Below, piece by piece: positions 11,749-21,694 of a stretch of DNA of 64,000 bases (positions are counted from its first letter, which is position 1; every line of letters starts with the position of its first letter). The position numbers and the translations under genes are program-made. Below the pieces are notes generated by a model. It had not been told where the DNA came from. It saw nothing but the letters and a program-made list of their open reading frames with translations, and did not search any database. The stretch is from Candidatus Latescibacterota bacterium (GTDB lineage: Bacteria > Latescibacterota > CBDEFO01), in the NCBI GenBank assembly GCA_965237525.1, contig CBDEFO010000004.1:384001-448000 (forward strand), read 5' to 3'.

Positions 11749-13268
11749 AAGCCTTGTGAAATAGTTATGTCCCAGGCAGCGTCTGAAGCGCCGATTATGG
11801 GTCAAAGAGTAGCATATCGTATCGTTTTGCTGTGGAATAAGCAAAATAGTCTTATCAGAGTTCTGGTCAGCAAGGAACAGGAGCTGTTTGAAGAACAGGA
11901 TGCACTGTCTTTGACAGACAGGGCACACATAGACGCTTTCCCCCTTCTTATGAAAGATACAAGCCTCTTGAGATTCTGTACTGTTGCAACAAGATTCAAC
12001 TGTTCATTCAGTGAGGCTAGTCCTCTATAAGGGGCTCGTCCCATACCGTGTTGTTGCCTGGCTTCAGCAAAGATATGTTCACTGCGTTTACGGAGTCTCC
12101 GGGAGAGTTTGTAGTCAGCTGTTAATGAGATAGACCGTGCATGATTTCTGGCTTTCGCCTCTCGCACTTTTCTATCCCGTTCGGCCTGAATATGTGCTGA
12201 ATTTGTCTTGTTTTTCCATGTAGGAATCGGTTCAATCTTCTCATCGGCTCGCAGAGGAATATGGGGTATGATTCCCCGGTCAAGTACATCCGCGATAAAA
12301 TTACCAGAACCGTAACCGGTATCGGCACTAAGTGTCTGAATATCTTTGGGCATGGTGTATGTTTCAAGGTCATCTACCATCTTAAGGGCACTTTCGGGCT
12401 CTGCTGTCCCTGTCGCCTGCGTGCCCTGAGTCTCAAGGATTACTCTGCTTTTTGTGTCGATCAGATCATGGCCCATAAACGAGAGAAAAGCCCCTTTGCC
12501 CTTCGATTTGCTGTATAAGCGCGCGTCGGGGTCTGTAGTCGAACGGTGTGTTTGGTGTCGTCCACTTTTCACCATGAAAGTCTTTATCCTGAGGATGCCC
12601 GGACCTACCCTTTGTCTTATCACCTTCAAAACCGATTCCCTTGAGATAATCATCAAGAGAAACAGGGGGTTCTATCGGCTCAATACTTTTCACTGAAGCA
12701 TCAGCTTGTATCTGAGTGCCGTCGACACTAAGGTGTTTACCGCTCACAAGACCGACATCTATGCAACACTGGACTACCTGACGCATTATCCGTTCAAACA
12801 ACCCACTGGATGCCCACTTGTGATTGCGAAGCTTGTTGATCGTGCTCCTATCCGGAACCGCATCATCAAATGTCTGATGACAAAACAACCGATATGCCGC
12901 ATGCATCCCCACTTCCTGACAGAGCCGATTCTCACTCAAATTATACAGATAGCCAATAAGGATCATTCGAACAACTAATTCAGGATCAATACCGGGTCTG
13001 CCATTGTCAGGGCAATAACAATCTGATACAACGTCTCGTATAAATGAAAAATCAACTGCCTCATCAATCTGACGAAGGATATGATCCTCGGGAACTAAAT
13101 CCTCCATCTGAAAATAGTGAAACATCGGATTTGTCTGTTCCTGCTTTTGTGGGGTCATTGTTTCCTCCATGTATAATATTATCAATAACATAATATAATA
13201 CATCGGAACTGCTTTATCAATGCTTGTTCTATACTACTTTCTGAATCTAAGGGTTTTTCACAAGGCTT
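11749..13268 (-). mobile_element. IS1182-family insertion sequence (~1.52 kb)
   Basis: Terminal IRs AAGCCTTGTGAAA / TTTCACAAGGCTT, flanked by TTAA at 11745-48 and 13269-72. Confidence 0.85.
11802..13158 (-). pseudogene. IS1182-family DDE transposase, frameshifted near 12555
   Basis: LVPEDHILRQID, GRPGIDP, VDGTQIQADAS in one frame; THRSTTDPDARL, ADTGYG, EHIFAEA in the next frame. Confidence 0.85.
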
Positions 13269-14539
13269 TTAAATCTGAAGAAGAGGAGATCTTATCTGCA
13301 TCGGACATAACTACTCCCTACGATCTGCCCTCCCAGGAGGAATTTGAGCTCTTTAACATAGACGATCTGCGCTACGAAAAGTACGACGCCACAATCATAC
13401 GGGACCCTGATAACAAAAGGAAGCTTGCAGGTTACTTCAAGATGGCTGTCGTCCACTTTAGAAATCAAGAGGGAGGACTGTCCTTTACGAACGTACGGGT
13501 CGAGAACCTACTGCGCTATGTGAGGGGCTACACAAATATCGGCATGGAGATAAAGGGTGTCGGCACTCGGTTGAGTTCCCGTTCTATCTTTTCGGCTCCG
13601 CTTATATATATGAGTGGCGGCTCGGTCAAGCTGAGTCAGTTTGAGATTGAGAACTTGGGTATCTACCTCAGAGGCGGCGGCACGCTCTTTGTAGATTCAG
13701 GCGGAGGATTCTATCAGAGTACGTTTGTCAGACAAATGAAGATGTATCTCAAAGAGGCCTTGAGGGACTCGCTGGGCAGGGAGCCTGAATTCCGAAGAAT
13801 TTCTAATGCTCATCCCCTCTTTCATGCCTTCTACGACTTTGACAACGGTCCACCGATCCCGAACCCCGACTCTACGAATGATTATCTGGCAGGAGTCTGG
13901 ATAGATGACAGGCTTGCAGTTCTCTTAAGCGCAGCCGGTATCTCCGCTCACTGGACTGACACCGGAGAGATATTTCTCCAGTTCGGCGTGAACCTCATCG
14001 TCTACACCCTTACACACGCCCCACCATCCCTGGTTAAAACGAGACCTATGCCCGCGTGGCTGAAGCGTCCACCGCGAGTGGCTAAGTTTGAGCAAAAGGA
14101 GGAAAACCCCTTTGCGGGCACAGGAGGTTACCTTGCCCTTTTGAGAACGCCCTTTCACAAGACCATTGAGAAGGATCAGTTCAACGTCTATCTGGACGGT
14201 GTAAACTTGGACATCTCCGAACTTGGAGATGCCAGCAACGGCGTTATGTTCAGCAGACTTCAACCGGGAGACCATGTGCTCAGGGTGGAATACAATGGAA
14301 AATCCAAAGAGCTCGATTTATCCCTGATAGATGGGGAGGTTCTCACCGTCAAATTCGGCATCGACAAGATATTCCTCGTAAATAGGTTCAGGCTCATTCG
14401 CGACGATCCCCACTTGGAATATGCCGATTGGATCCAACAGCACGCTGATCTGAAGATAGCCGGAATCTACGAAGATTATCAGCAACCGCCAGATGCGCGT
14501 TCCGCAGAGACCGAAGATCCGGTGTACACTGATCGCTGA
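13269..14539 (+). pseudogene. 5'-truncated paralog of the DUF4159-like gene
   Basis: From TTAAATCTGAAG onward it matches 15215-16527; the first ~16 codons of the listed ORF come from IS sequence. Confidence 0.8.
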
Positions 14540-14698
14540 TTCTTCTTCTCACCTTCCTCAAACTGCAAAATAGCCTCCACAGATACCCTAAAATTTTTCT
14601 GCTTTTATCAAGATTAACGTTGAAACGATCTTGCAGGATGAAACTGCTTCGGGGTTTGGCATCTCGGAATGACTGAAGGCCTCAGGAGGTAATAAGAT

Positions 14699-14727
14699 TT
14701 GACTCTCGCATAGTTTTGCTCTATATT
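14699..14727 (+). promoter_or_regulatory. sigma70-type promoter
   Basis: TTGACT-N17-TATATT. Confidence 0.5.
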
Positions 14728-14856
14728 ACAGACGTCGCATTAGAGTAACCGTGCTCCCTTCCGGGCGTTACACTACTTAATAGACATGTTTCTCGCTATA
14801 CAATATTACCGATCGCAACCTGAAGGTGCAAGCAATTTTTGCCAGGACGCTTGAAC

Positions 14857-16527
14857 ATGTCCCGCAAGAGTCATAAGAACCTTGTACTATCACTTACTAC
14901 CTCTGTGATCTTACACTCTTTTCTGTTTTTTCTCGCCTATATATTGAAAAGCGACGGGGAGGAACAGGTATATAAAGTGCTGTTCAGACCTTATAGGCCT
15001 GCTCCTGCAAAGCCTCTATATCCTGCGGAAAGACCTTCAATTCCCAGAGCGGTTATGGAGATGCTCCCTAAAGAGGGAAAACCCCAACTGCCCCCGGAGG
15101 GATTTGCGGCTATTGATGATACGAGCAGATGGGTGGATGAACTTCGGAAAAGTGCGTTGCGAGCTACTTTTCCTGAGAGTCTTGAAGAGACCGCAGGCTC
15201 AAAAACAGGGGTCATTAAATCTGAAGAAGAGGAGATCTTATCTGCATCGGACATAACTACTCCCTACGATCTGCCCTCCCAGGAGGAATTTGAACTCTTT
15301 AGTATAGATGATCTGCGCTACGAAAAGTACGACGCCACAATCATACGCGACCCTGATAACAAGAGGAACATAACAGGTTACTTCAAGATGGCTGTCGTCC
15401 ACTTTAGAAATCAAGAGGGAGGACTCTCCTTTACAAGCGGAGGAGTCGATAACCTCCTGCGCTATGTGAGGGACTACACAAATATCAGCACCCAGATAAA
15501 GGGTGTCAGCACTCGACTTCGCTCCGGTGCTATCTTCTCGGCTCCGCTTATATATATGGGTGGCAGCTCAGTCCAGTTGAATCAGTCTGAGATTGAGAAC
15601 TTGGGTATCTACCTCAGAGCCAGCGGCTTCCTCTTCGTGGACGACATGACCGGCAAGGGTTTCAACCAGGGTCCCTTTATCAGACAGATGAAGATGTATC
15701 TCAAAGAGGCCTTGAGGGACTCGCTGGGCAGGGAGCCTGAATTCCGAAGAATTTCTAATGCTCATCCCCTCTTTCATGCCTTCTACGACTTTGACGACGG
15801 TCCGCCGATCCCTAGCCCCAACTATACGAATGATTATCTGGAAGGAGTCTGGATAGATGACAGGCTTGCAGTTCTCTTAAGCGCGGCAGGTATCTCCGGT
15901 GGTTGGGGGGCCGGTGGCGGTAGATATCTCCAGTTCGGCGCGAACCTTATCGTCTACACCCTTACACACGCCCCACCTTCCCTTGTGAAGACGAGACCTA
16001 TGCCCGCGTGGGTGAAGCGTCCACCGCGAGTCGCTGATCTCGAGGGAGAAGAGAAAAACAAGGTGTCTGCCACAGAAGCATACCTTGCCCTTTTGAGAGT
16101 CCCTTCCTACAAGAGCATTGAGCCAGATAGGCTTTCCGTCTATCTGAACGGCGTAAAGTTAGACGTCTCTGAGATTCCAGATACCAGCAACGGTATTATG
16201 TTCAAAGGCCTTAAGCCCGGAGATTATGTACTTAAGGTTCAATATAGGTGCATTAGGATGCGAAGGGGTCGGGAAGTACATCATGCCACAAAGTCCGAGA
16301 GAGTAGATCTGTTGTTGATAGATGGGAAGGTGGTCACAGTTAAGTTTGGTATCAACGAGATATTCTTCAGAGACCCGTGGCTCGTTTGCAACGATCCCTA
16401 CTTGGAATATCCCCATTGGGTACAACAGCACGCTGATCTGAAGATAGCCGGAATCCACGAAGATTATCAGCAGCCGTCAGATGCCCGTCCCGTGAAAACT
16501 ACAGACCCAATGTACACTGATCGTTGA
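14857..16527 (+). CDS. Membrane-anchored DUF4159-domain protein
   Basis: N-terminal TM (SVILH); PLIYM..., EIENLGIYL..GFLFVDD, HPLFHAFYDF, GVWIDDRLAV, GANLIVY. Confidence 0.75.
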   Translation: MSRKSHKNLVLSLTTSVILHSFLFFLAYILKSDGEEQVYKVLFRPYRPAPAKPLYPAERPSIPRAVMEMLPKEGKPQLPPEGFAAIDDTSRWVDELRKSALRATFPESLEETAGSKTGVIKSEEEEILSASDITTPYDLPSQEEFELFSIDDLRYEKYDATIIRDPDNKRNITGYFKMAVVHFRNQEGGLSFTSGGVDNLLRYVRDYTNISTQIKGVSTRLRSGAIFSAPLIYMGGSSVQLNQSEIENLGIYLRASGFLFVDDMTGKGFNQGPFIRQMKMYLKEALRDSLGREPEFRRISNAHPLFHAFYDFDDGPPIPSPNYTNDYLEGVWIDDRLAVLLSAAGISGGWGAGGGRYLQFGANLIVYTLTHAPPSLVKTRPMPAWVKRPPRVADLEGEEKNKVSATEAYLALLRVPSYKSIEPDRLSVYLNGVKLDVSEIPDTSNGIMFKGLKPGDYVLKVQYRCIRMRRGREVHHATKSERVDLLLIDGKVVTVKFGINEIFFRDPWLVCNDPYLEYPHWVQQHADLKIAGIHEDYQQPSDARPVKTTDPMYTDR

Positions 16528-16659
16528 TTTTTTCTTCGCACCTTCCTGAAACTGCAAAATAGCCCCCCAACGATGCCTTAAGATCTTCAACTTTCAGCGT
16601 CAAATCCTCCTGTGGTTCGAAAAGATCGTATTTCTTAAGAATTTGTCACATTTTCTTTT

Positions 16660-16760
16660 GAGATTGCTTCAGAACTTTGCAACTCAGAATGACGTTGCTT
16701 CTTTTTACTCAGTCATTGCGACCCCTGATTGAATCTATCGGGGGCAGCGAAGCGATCTCG
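16660..16760. repeat. REP-like pair, with a mini-hairpin (16722-16744) inside the second element
   Basis: GAGATTGC...AATGAC and GTCATTGCGA[CCCCTGATTGAATCTATCGGGGG]CAGCGAAGCGATCTC. Confidence 0.7.
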
Positions 16761-16913
16761 ATCTTCATCTTTCCGAACTTGGAGTCAATTCCCAAAAATC
16801 AGTTGATTTTGAGCCTTAAATTTGTTATTATTAAAAGCTTGGAAAGTTATTGTATCGTTTCTGTCGAACTGTCAACAGCGCCGGACATTTCTCATTTTCA
16901 GACGATCAATGCC

Positions 16914-19352
16914 ATGATCGATGAACATACCTTGCAGGTTTTAGAGTTCGAGAAGGTCAAAGCGATGATCTCCTCCTACGCCGTATCGGCTCTGGGAGAA
17001 GATGAGATAGAAGGCATGCATCCTTTGGAGGATCTTGGCGAGATAAGGGGTAGACTCAAGACGGTATCGGAGCTTGTCGATCTCATAGCGTTCGATGATC
17101 CCGTGCCTATGGGTGGGATTAGGGATGTGCGCGAAGCTATAGATAAATCATCCATCGAAGGCTCGATGCTGAACACCGATGACTTTCTGAACATAAAGGA
17201 GACGCTTTCGGCTTCGAGGCATCTCAAACGTTATCTTGAGAAGCGAAAAGAAACTTGTCCGTCCCTGTTTGATCTTGCACGTAGGTTGATAGACTCACAG
17301 GTACTAGAAAATGAGATAGATAGAGTAATAGATGAGAAGGGCCTCGTAAGGACCTCAGCCAGCAGACGGCTAAAAGAGATCAGGAGGAGGATATCGCAAG
17401 TAGGGGACGATATAAGGGGGGCGCTGGACAAGATGATAGAGAGACTTCCAAGCTCAGTGATTCAGGAGAGGTTGGTGACAATAAGGGACGATAGATTTGT
17501 GATCCCCATAAGGGAGAGGCAAAGGGGCAAAGTCGAGGGGATCATCCACGATCAGTCCGCAAGCGGAGCGACGGTGTTTGTAGAACCATTAGAAACTCTG
17601 GAACTTAACAACGAACTCCGTCAGCTGCAGATCGAGGAAAAAAGGGAAGTCGAAAGGATACTAAGAGAGCTTACGCAGGAAGTGAGAAAGGTAAAAGATG
17701 ATATTTCCCGGTCCTTGGGAGCTTTAGGGAAGTTAGACGGTTTCTTCTCTAAAGCGAGTTTTTCCTTGGACTTCAAAGGGACAGAGCCACTACTCAACGA
17801 TGAAGGAAAGATCGTCCTCAGGGGTGCAAGGCATCCTATCCTGGAAAGGAGATTAAGGCAGAAAACAGTAGAAGATCCACAGAAAATGGTCCCTCTGGAT
17901 ATAAGCTTAGGAGATAAGGTCAATACACTGATTATAACAGGTCCGAACGCAGGCGGGAAGACGGTGGCCTTAAAAACAGTTGGACTCTTGACCCTGATGG
18001 CTCAATGCGGTGTACACATCCCGGCAAATCCGAAATCTGAGCTGTGCGTCTTTAAGAAGGTCTATGCAGACGTAGGGGACGAGCAGTCGATTGAGGACGA
18101 TCTTTCCACATTCTCGTCTCACGTCCGACAGTTAGTAAAGGTTTGCAACGAGTCGGACAGGGATAGCTTAGTGCTCCTCGACGAGATAGGTGCAAGCACC
18201 GACCCCGACGAAGGGGCATCCCTGGCAATGGCTGTCCTTGAAACTCTGTCCCGAAAGCGTGCAAAGACAGTAGCTACAACCCATCATGGAACTTTGAAGC
18301 TCTTTGCACATCAAAAGGACAACATGGAGAACGCTTCGATGGTGTTCGATCCTGAGACGATAGAGCCGACGTTCGTTCTGAGGATTGGAACTCCGGGGAG
18401 CAGCTATGCGTTCGAGATAGCCAGAAGACTGGGAATGCCGGAGGATGTGGTGGAAGAAGCCGCCTCAATTACAGGCGGCGTGGCCAGGAGTATGGAGGAC
18501 TTAATCGTCGAGCTGGACCGTCAAAGACTCGATTACCAGAGAAATAACATAGAGTTACAAAAGGCTCTAAGCGAATCCAAAAGGATGGAGTCCGAGTACG
18601 AAGATAAGCTGGTGGATGTGAAGAAGGAGAGCAGAAGGATCCAGAAGGAAGCTCTTGAGGAATCCAGAAGAATTTTGAATCAGGCTAAGGCTTTGGTGGA
18701 AAGGACTGTAGCCGAGATAAGATCCCAAAAGGCCAGCACACAGGCGATAAAGGAAGCCAGAGGGGTCATAAAAGATGCAGTTGAGCAGGTGGACAAAAGT
18801 TTGAAGGACTATGCCAGTCCCAGGAGCGACAGAGGAAAGGTCCAGGTTGGAGATACTGTGTGGGTTGACAGTTTTGAAAGAGAAGGGGTAGTTGTATCCT
18901 TAACAGACTCTGATAAGGCGAACGTTGATGTAGGTAAAGTCAGAGTTGAAATCCCTACTTCACAGTTGAAGGTTTTGTCAAAAGGCGACGGCGGCAAGGT
19001 CGACCCCCGATTGATCCCCGATAGAAGCAATCGGGAAGGACGACTCCGTGAGCAGAATGTGTCTAAATCCGCTCCTGCTAGAGTGAAGCTGGTAGCTTCA
19101 TCGAATATCTCGGACAAAGTAACAGTCAGACGTATGACCTTCGACGAGGCGTCGGAGGTAGTGGATAAGTATCTGGACGATGCATTTCTAAAAGGATTAA
19201 GGCAAGTATCGATCATTCACGGGAAGGGGACAGGCGCATTGCGGACCAAGTTGAACGCTTTCTTGCAAAAGCATCCGAGAGTAAAGTCCAAAAGGCCCGG
19301 AGCATGGGAAGAAGGCGGGGACGGCGTGACTATTGTTCAGCTAGATTTATGA
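16914..19352 (+). CDS. mutS2: Endonuclease MutS2
   Basis: ITGPNAGGKT, DEQSIEDDLSTFSSH, LLDEIGASTDP, C-terminal Smr domain IIHGKGTGALR; promoter-like TTGATT-N17-TATTAT at 16803-16831. Confidence 0.95.
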   Translation: MIDEHTLQVLEFEKVKAMISSYAVSALGEDEIEGMHPLEDLGEIRGRLKTVSELVDLIAFDDPVPMGGIRDVREAIDKSSIEGSMLNTDDFLNIKETLSASRHLKRYLEKRKETCPSLFDLARRLIDSQVLENEIDRVIDEKGLVRTSASRRLKEIRRRISQVGDDIRGALDKMIERLPSSVIQERLVTIRDDRFVIPIRERQRGKVEGIIHDQSASGATVFVEPLETLELNNELRQLQIEEKREVERILRELTQEVRKVKDDISRSLGALGKLDGFFSKASFSLDFKGTEPLLNDEGKIVLRGARHPILERRLRQKTVEDPQKMVPLDISLGDKVNTLIITGPNAGGKTVALKTVGLLTLMAQCGVHIPANPKSELCVFKKVYADVGDEQSIEDDLSTFSSHVRQLVKVCNESDRDSLVLLDEIGASTDPDEGASLAMAVLETLSRKRAKTVATTHHGTLKLFAHQKDNMENASMVFDPETIEPTFVLRIGTPGSSYAFEIARRLGMPEDVVEEAASITGGVARSMEDLIVELDRQRLDYQRNNIELQKALSESKRMESEYEDKLVDVKKESRRIQKEALEESRRILNQAKALVERTVAEIRSQKASTQAIKEARGVIKDAVEQVDKSLKDYASPRSDRGKVQVGDTVWVDSFEREGVVVSLTDSDKANVDVGKVRVEIPTSQLKVLSKGDGGKVDPRLIPDRSNREGRLREQNVSKSAPARVKLVASSNISDKVTVRRMTFDEASEVVDKYLDDAFLKGLRQVSIIHGKGTGALRTKLNAFLQKHPRVKSKRPGAWEEGGDGVTIVQLDL

Positions 19353-19507
19353 AAAGTGGCAAAAGGGAGTTGTCACTAACCAAGAAGATGTTGTTGTGGA
19401 TTCTCCGCAAGAGCGACAATTGGGAAGGTTTGGCCTACCGTCTATTGGGACGCGTTCGATACGACGCCATCAAGGCTTTCGCGTGGCGGATCTATTTGAG
19501 GCGGTGA
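19349..19507 (+). CDS. Small basic hypothetical protein (52 aa)
   Basis: ATGA overlap with the mutS2 stop; fills the gap to the next gene. Confidence 0.4.
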   Translation: MKSGKRELSLTKKMLLWILRKSDNWEGLAYRLLGRVRYDAIKAFAWRIYLRR

Positions 19508-19512
19508 GGATA

Positions 19513-20505
19513 CTACAGCACGAAGATAATCAGTGCAAGTGCCAGATAGACTACATAGATTCCGAGAAGTACTCCCCCTTCCGTTTTCGTCAATCTGTGA
19601 CCTGTCCGCATCATCAGAAGCATAATTAAGACGATAAAGATCATTATGGGGAAGGAGAAATGGATGGCCTTCTTACTTACCACAAGGGGATTTGCCATCG
19701 CCGAGGCGCCCGCGATCCAGCAGATATTCAGAATATCAGCCCCGACTATATTCCCTACAGCTATCGCCAGCGCCCCCTGACCCGAACGCGCGGCTGTAAT
19801 ACAGGTGGCTATTTCCGGCAGAGATGTGCCGATAGCCACTATGGTCAGACCAATTATAGCTTCAGATACCCCTAAAAACTGTGCCATAAATACGGCAGAT
19901 ATTTCGATGCCTTTGCTGGAGATTATCACTGCGAGAAGGCCGATTAAGAACCATAAGATCAGAGATCCCAAGCCGCGTCCTGCGATTTTATCTTCTATCT
20001 CTTTTAATTCTCCAGTTGTTTGTACTGTGACCTCAGCCTGCGCCGATTGTCTGCGTGTAAAGTAGAGAAATACCATATACAGAACGAAGAAGAGCACCAG
20101 CACCGATCCTTCTATTCGCCCTAGCGTCCCGTCGAAGACCATGGCATAAGCTAAAAGATCTATCACGATCAGGAAGATACCGGACGTGCGAAGGATGTAA
20201 GGATTGATGCCGATAGGAGTAACGGCTAACAGACCTGCCAGGGCGATGGCTACGCCGTCGTCACATATCACAGATCCTACGGCATTTCCCAAAGCGATCT
20301 CAGGGTGCCCGTCCAGTGCTGACTGGACGGATACGGCTAATTCCGGTGCGGTAGTCGCTACACTCACAAGGACTAGTCCGATCAGCATCTTGGGAATATT
20401 CAACCGCTCGGCGATGCCCACAGCGCCCTCTACGAACCATTTGGCTGCCTTGATCAGGATCGCAAAGCAGACCAGAAATATGGCCACGGCTAAGTAAATA
20501 TTCAC
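19513..20505 (-). CDS. Calcium/sodium antiporter (YrbG/CaCA family)
   Basis: Two alpha repeats: ATTAPE...GNAVGS and GTSLPE...GNIVGA. Confidence 0.9.
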   Translation of the reverse strand: MNIYLAVAIFLVCFAILIKAAKWFVEGAVGIAERLNIPKMLIGLVLVSVATTAPELAVSVQSALDGHPEIALGNAVGSVICDDGVAIALAGLLAVTPIGINPYILRTSGIFLIVIDLLAYAMVFDGTLGRIEGSVLVLFFVLYMVFLYFTRRQSAQAEVTVQTTGELKEIEDKIAGRGLGSLILWFLIGLLAVIISSKGIEISAVFMAQFLGVSEAIIGLTIVAIGTSLPEIATCITAARSGQGALAIAVGNIVGADILNICWIAGASAMANPLVVSKKAIHFSFPIMIFIVLIMLLMMRTGHRLTKTEGGVLLGIYVVYLALALIIFVL

Positions 20506-20517
20506 ATTTCTGTCCGT

Positions 20518-21396
20518 TTAGGCCATTTCTGTCTTATGTGTGACAAACCTGCTCTCAAGCTCCCTGTATCTTGGCACTCCGATAATCTCCTCAAATTCGT
20601 GGAAGGAGACCATAGGTTCAAATCCTGCTGTCGTTCCATCGTCCTTCAACTTCTGAAACACATCTGCCATAGCCTTTGTCGCAGCAAAAAGGGCGGACAG
20701 AGGATAGACCACAAGCTTGTAGCCTAAATCTTCCAGCTCCACTCTGGAGAGAAACGGGGTCTTGCCTCCTTCTATCATATTGGCAAATAGAGGCGCATCT
20801 ATTTTCTCTGATATTCTTTTCAGTTCATCCACAGACTGCGGAGCTTCGATGAAGACCACGTCGACCCCCGCCTTGAAGTAGGCGATGCCCCTCTCTACAG
20901 CTTCGTCCAGACCGAGCGGGGCGCGGGCGTCGGTGCGTCCTATGATCACAAGGTCTTTATCCCCTCTGGCTTCTACAGCCGCTTTGACCTTCTGTATCTG
21001 CTCGTCACACGGGATTACGCGTTTGCCCTCAAAGTGGCCGCACTTCTTGGGCCATTCCTGGTCTTCCAGTATAATTCCTGCTACCCCCATCTCAACACAT
21101 TCCCTAACTGTCCGCATAACGTTTAAGGGATTGCCATAGCCTGTGTCCACATCCGCCACTAAAGGCAGGTCCACAGCTCCAACGATCTTCCTGACGCGCT
21201 CCAGGGTCTCCGTCATCGTCAGAAGACCCATGTCCGGCATCCCTAAGGTAGTCCCTGAAATTCCGAACCCACTCGTGAAAACTACCTCAAAACCGATCTG
21301 TTCCACTAACTTGGCTGAGACTGCGTCGAAGACGCCCGGCAGGATGGTCGTCCCCGGACGTTCGATCAATTCTCTGAGCTTTGATGCTCGGTCCAT
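20518..21396 (-). CDS. Isocitrate lyase / PEP mutase family enzyme (PrpB-like)
   Basis: DVDTGYG, LEDQEWPKKCGH, GRTDA, ANMIEGGKTP. Confidence 0.9.
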   Translation of the reverse strand: MDRASKLRELIERPGTTILPGVFDAVSAKLVEQIGFEVVFTSGFGISGTTLGMPDMGLLTMTETLERVRKIVGAVDLPLVADVDTGYGNPLNVMRTVRECVEMGVAGIILEDQEWPKKCGHFEGKRVIPCDEQIQKVKAAVEARGDKDLVIIGRTDARAPLGLDEAVERGIAYFKAGVDVVFIEAPQSVDELKRISEKIDAPLFANMIEGGKTPFLSRVELEDLGYKLVVYPLSALFAATKAMADVFQKLKDDGTTAGFEPMVSFHEFEEIIGVPRYRELESRFVTHKTEMA

Positions 21397-21582
21397 TTGG
21401 CCTCCGATTAAGTGAGATTTGTAATTATGCTATACTTACCTGCTTCTGTCAGCAACTCTTTACCTGTAAGACATGCCGAAACGACTCGATTCGACTTGAA
21501 ATATAATATAAATAACGATATACTTTTATACAAACTCTTTTCGCAAAAGGGATGCTTTTCAAAGCGCTTGAGAATTTTTTTC

Positions 21583-21611
21583 TTGACTACTAACACTATA
21601 TATTGTATATT
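21583..21611 (+). promoter_or_regulatory. sigma70-type promoter for smc
   Basis: TTGACT-N17-TATATT. Confidence 0.5.
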
Positions 21612-21694
21612 ACGTTTCAGCATACAAGATATTGACATAGTAAGGACAGATCTCTTTTCTGCCAAAAGGGGAGAAATAGAAAGGGAAACGTTTA

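Noticed and set aside
13269..16527. Diversity-generating retroelement TR/VR pair (also considered for the ndk and BMC-P duplicates)
   Set aside because: The mismatches are not adenine-specific and there is no reverse transcriptase in the window.
5884..16600. tRNA-Gln-anchored integrative element
   Set aside because: No integrase and no duplicated tRNA 3' end were found by eye.
16677..16913. N-terminal extensions of MutS2, and likewise of GltX, PrmA, HIT and the 59585 ORF
   Set aside because: They run through REP/hairpin repeats, promoters or upstream genes; downstream starts fit family lengths better.
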